Positions 61,386 to 64,000 of a stretch of 64,000 bases of DNA are shown here, piece by piece. The notes beneath the pieces are model-generated. The model was not told where the DNA came from. It ran no database searches and saw nothing but the letters and a program-made list of their open reading frames with translations. Made by a program: the position numbers and the translations under genes. Numbering within the stretch: the stretch's first letter is position 1; each line of letters starts with the position of its first letter. This DNA is from Chrysomallon squamiferum (Eukaryota > Animalia > Mollusca), in NCBI GenBank assembly GCA_012295275.1, contig CM022675.1, positions 14,136,001 through 14,200,000 of the forward strand, written 5' to 3'.

Positions 61386-61910
61386 CAGTGGAACCTCGTA
61401 TTACGAACTTAATTCGTTCCAGAGCTCGGTTTGTAAACCGAATCGATGTCAGACACACGAACGCCACTCTCATGTTTTATAATTATTTTTTTCTTAACGT
61501 ACATTGTGATACGTCTATACTTTCCACCAGCATTATCGCTTTTACATTTTGTTTTTGGGGGCGCCATATTGGATAGGGTGTAATAAAACATATACACATA
61601 AAAGCAGCAACACTAAAACATGCGAGCGCACAATCTCAGTTCAAAAGCTATTGAGATGCAACTGTGTATCAAAGACTAAAGGTTCTAATTCATCATATAG
61701 GCTATAACTGCTATAGGGCATGCCTATAAACCTTACTTTGACCTTGGTTTTGACGTAAGCATCTATTCTTACCTTTACTAGATGTTGACGTCAAAAGAAA
61801 GCTTGTCATGGCGCGTCGCTGTAGTTCGGAACTCTGAACGTTATTCGTAAACTAAGAACAAAATTGCACAAGATTACGATTCGAGGCCTTCGTAGCCCGA
61901 GGTTCCACTG
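61386..61910. mobile_element. Non-autonomous DNA transposon (MITE), pogo/Tigger-like, 525 bp
   Basis: Perfect 13-bp TIR CAGTGGAACCTCG / CGAGGTTCCACTG extending imperfectly to ~22 bp (…TACGAA). TA flanks at 61384-85 and 61911-12. No transposase. Confidence 0.9.
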
Positions 61911-62222
61911 TATAAAATTATTTAGTCTCAGTTCCTCTATAGCTGTTAGAAAAGCACTGAAGTCTAACTATTTTGTAATCAAAGTACTAATCAATCAACA
62001 GTAAAAAAATGCAATCGTAATCTGTCCATTAAGATGATGCGGCTTTTTGTTTTGTTTTGTTTTTTTCATTTTTTTTAATTCATTTATATTTAGATCACTA
62101 ATAATTTTCCTTTCTGGCTCACTTATTAACGAGGTGGAAATGACTACAGATAGTGTAAACATTCGGTATTTCGTTTCCGCCTCAAATTGTTATCTTTTTC
62201 GATAATTTTACAAATACAAATT

Positions 62223-64000
62223 ATGGCATTAACTGAGAAATTTACGGGGAAGTTAACAGAAGCTCTTGTTATTGCTCGAACGAGAGCTCACGATTTAGAG
62301 AGTGTTCGAAAGTTAAATTGTTGGTAGGTTTTTATATTGCCAGATTAAATTACATAGTGACAGTCAATGTGACCAACTTGAACTTGATTATTGATAACTT
62401 CAGACTTCATAAGTTTAGTGTAATCTGAGTAATGAATGCTGAACGCTAGTTAATTATTTTAATAATATATGTTTAGACTTTAATAACCCAAAAGTTAAAT
62501 TCATAACAAGTAATTAAAATATTTTGAAGATTACTTTTAATATAATTGTTTCATACGAAAAATAGAGAATTAAAAGAAATTATTTAATTAATTTGTATGC
62601 AAGTTGAAGTACCACTCGTCCAGTGTTAATGTTAAAACTCAAGAATTAGAATACGATTAAAATTTAATTGATTTACTAAATTATGAATTACTGTGATTTG
62701 ATTTACATCATAGAGCAAAATTCAGCATAATATTTAATAACTTAAGGAGAAGTACTAAGTCAAAATAGATGATAATTGATATACTGTTAATGTGTTATAC
62801 ATAACTACGGAGTAGGCATAAAATAATAATTTTCTTTCAGGAAGATTATTTGGATATGAATATATATATATATATATATATTGGGTTTTTTAATGTTTTT
62901 TGTAGGGCATCAAATATTAAAGATATCAGTATTGTGAAAGAAATGCCAAATCTTGAAGTATGCAGTTTAAGGTAGGTATTGATATTTTTATTTAGTTTTA
63001 TTATTAATATTTTATTTGAAAATTATTTATGTTTATGTACCAGAATTTAATTATTTCTTGAAATTTGTCTTTTTCTGTCAGTTATTATTATTGTTGTTGT
63101 TATTTTTAAATGGAAGCTTACATATTGGAAATCATTTACCACAGCCTGTGTTAAATTTGGTATAAGTAGGTTGGATTTGGTATAACCAAATGGAGTACTG
63201 AACAATTTACAGGGCCCTAAATGCTTATCACTGTGCTGCATTCTTTGTTAATATTTACTAAACACTAATTAAATATTACAAAAAACAAAACAAAAAATAA
63301 CATTAAATAATTAAATATTTCTTCTTCTTATTATTATTATTATTTTTTTTTTTTTTCACAGTGTTAACAATGTTACCAGTCTTGAACATTTTGCTCACTG
63401 TCAAAATTTACAAGAACTGTATGTTCGAAAAAATAACATCGAAAATCTCAGAGATATTCATTACTTAAAAAATCTTCCACGACTCAGAAGTTTATGGCTA
63501 GCAGATAATCCATGTGCAAATACTGAAAATTACAGACTGACAGTATTACGGACACTGCCAAATTTACAGAAGTTAGATAACATAGGTGAGAATAACAAAA
63601 CTTTTATTTTTTTAATTAATTTTTTTTTTCTTCTTCTTCTTCTTCTTCTTCTTTTTCTTCTTATTATTATTACTGTTATAAAGTTAAGAATACAAATATA
63701 TGTGTGTGGCTGTGATATGGGTGTGTTTCCCTCTCTGACAGCCTGCCTATCTTTCTTCATATCTACAACTGCATTTTTCTATTAACTGATTATTTTACTT
63801 ATCCTTACAAACAAAATAAATAAATACATAATGTCTCTTATGGTTATATTTCTTTCAGCTGTTACTGAAGAAGAGGTTAACGAAGCACTGGAGAAAGGTG
63901 ATGAAATTCAACCACCTGAACTGTCTGCCTCTGTCACAGAGCCTGCGAGGATGCTGGCACCATTGCTAGCAGAGGCTCAAGATGTGAATGGGGCTGACGA
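62223..64000 (+). CDS. CFAP410: Cilia- and flagella-associated protein 410 (C21orf2/LRRC76), 3'-partial
   Basis: Exons 62223-62323, 62906-62971, 63362-63585 and 63859->64000 join in phase. They give [107 protein letters not shown]...[17 protein letters not shown], the LRR/LRRcap signature of CFAP410. Confidence 0.95.

Noticed and set aside
61801-61816. X-box-like CTTGTCATGGCGCG upstream of CFAP410
   Set aside because: Too many mismatches to the RFX consensus, and it lacks the RGYAAC half-site.

Overview
This is AT-rich, intron-rich animal genomic DNA with many microsatellites. It is probably a lophotrochozoan such as a gastropod mollusc, inferred from repeat style and protein divergence rather than proven. 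It is not prokaryotic, and I see no CRISPR array, rRNA or intact tRNA. Hand-splicing with GT/AG and phase checks gives six genes: an amidase-type PGRP (+, 5' end unresolved), a complete 10-exon BMP type II receptor BMPR2/wit (-, ~1080 aa), a complete 17-coding-exon Enhancer of zeste/EZH2 (-, ~733 aa, one GC-AG intron), a class A peptide-type GPCR (-), MsrA (-), and the first four exons of CFAP410/C21orf2 (+, runs off the window). Repeats include two TIR/TA-flanked pogo/Tc2-type MITEs, a 3' LINE remnant, decayed SINE-like copies, a 30-bp minisatellite and microsatellites. The most unusual item is MsrA. It has a C-terminal NDEL and an N-terminal leader whose ATG appears to be created by splicing (AT|G), with a competing donor 21 nt away that would cancel it. 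Also notable are a stop-interrupted signal-peptide-like frame at the PGRP 5' end, a pre-miRNA-sized hairpin in the EZH2 GC-AG intron, and a perfect RFX X-box in BMPR2 intron 2. All were read by eye and need transcript or homology data.
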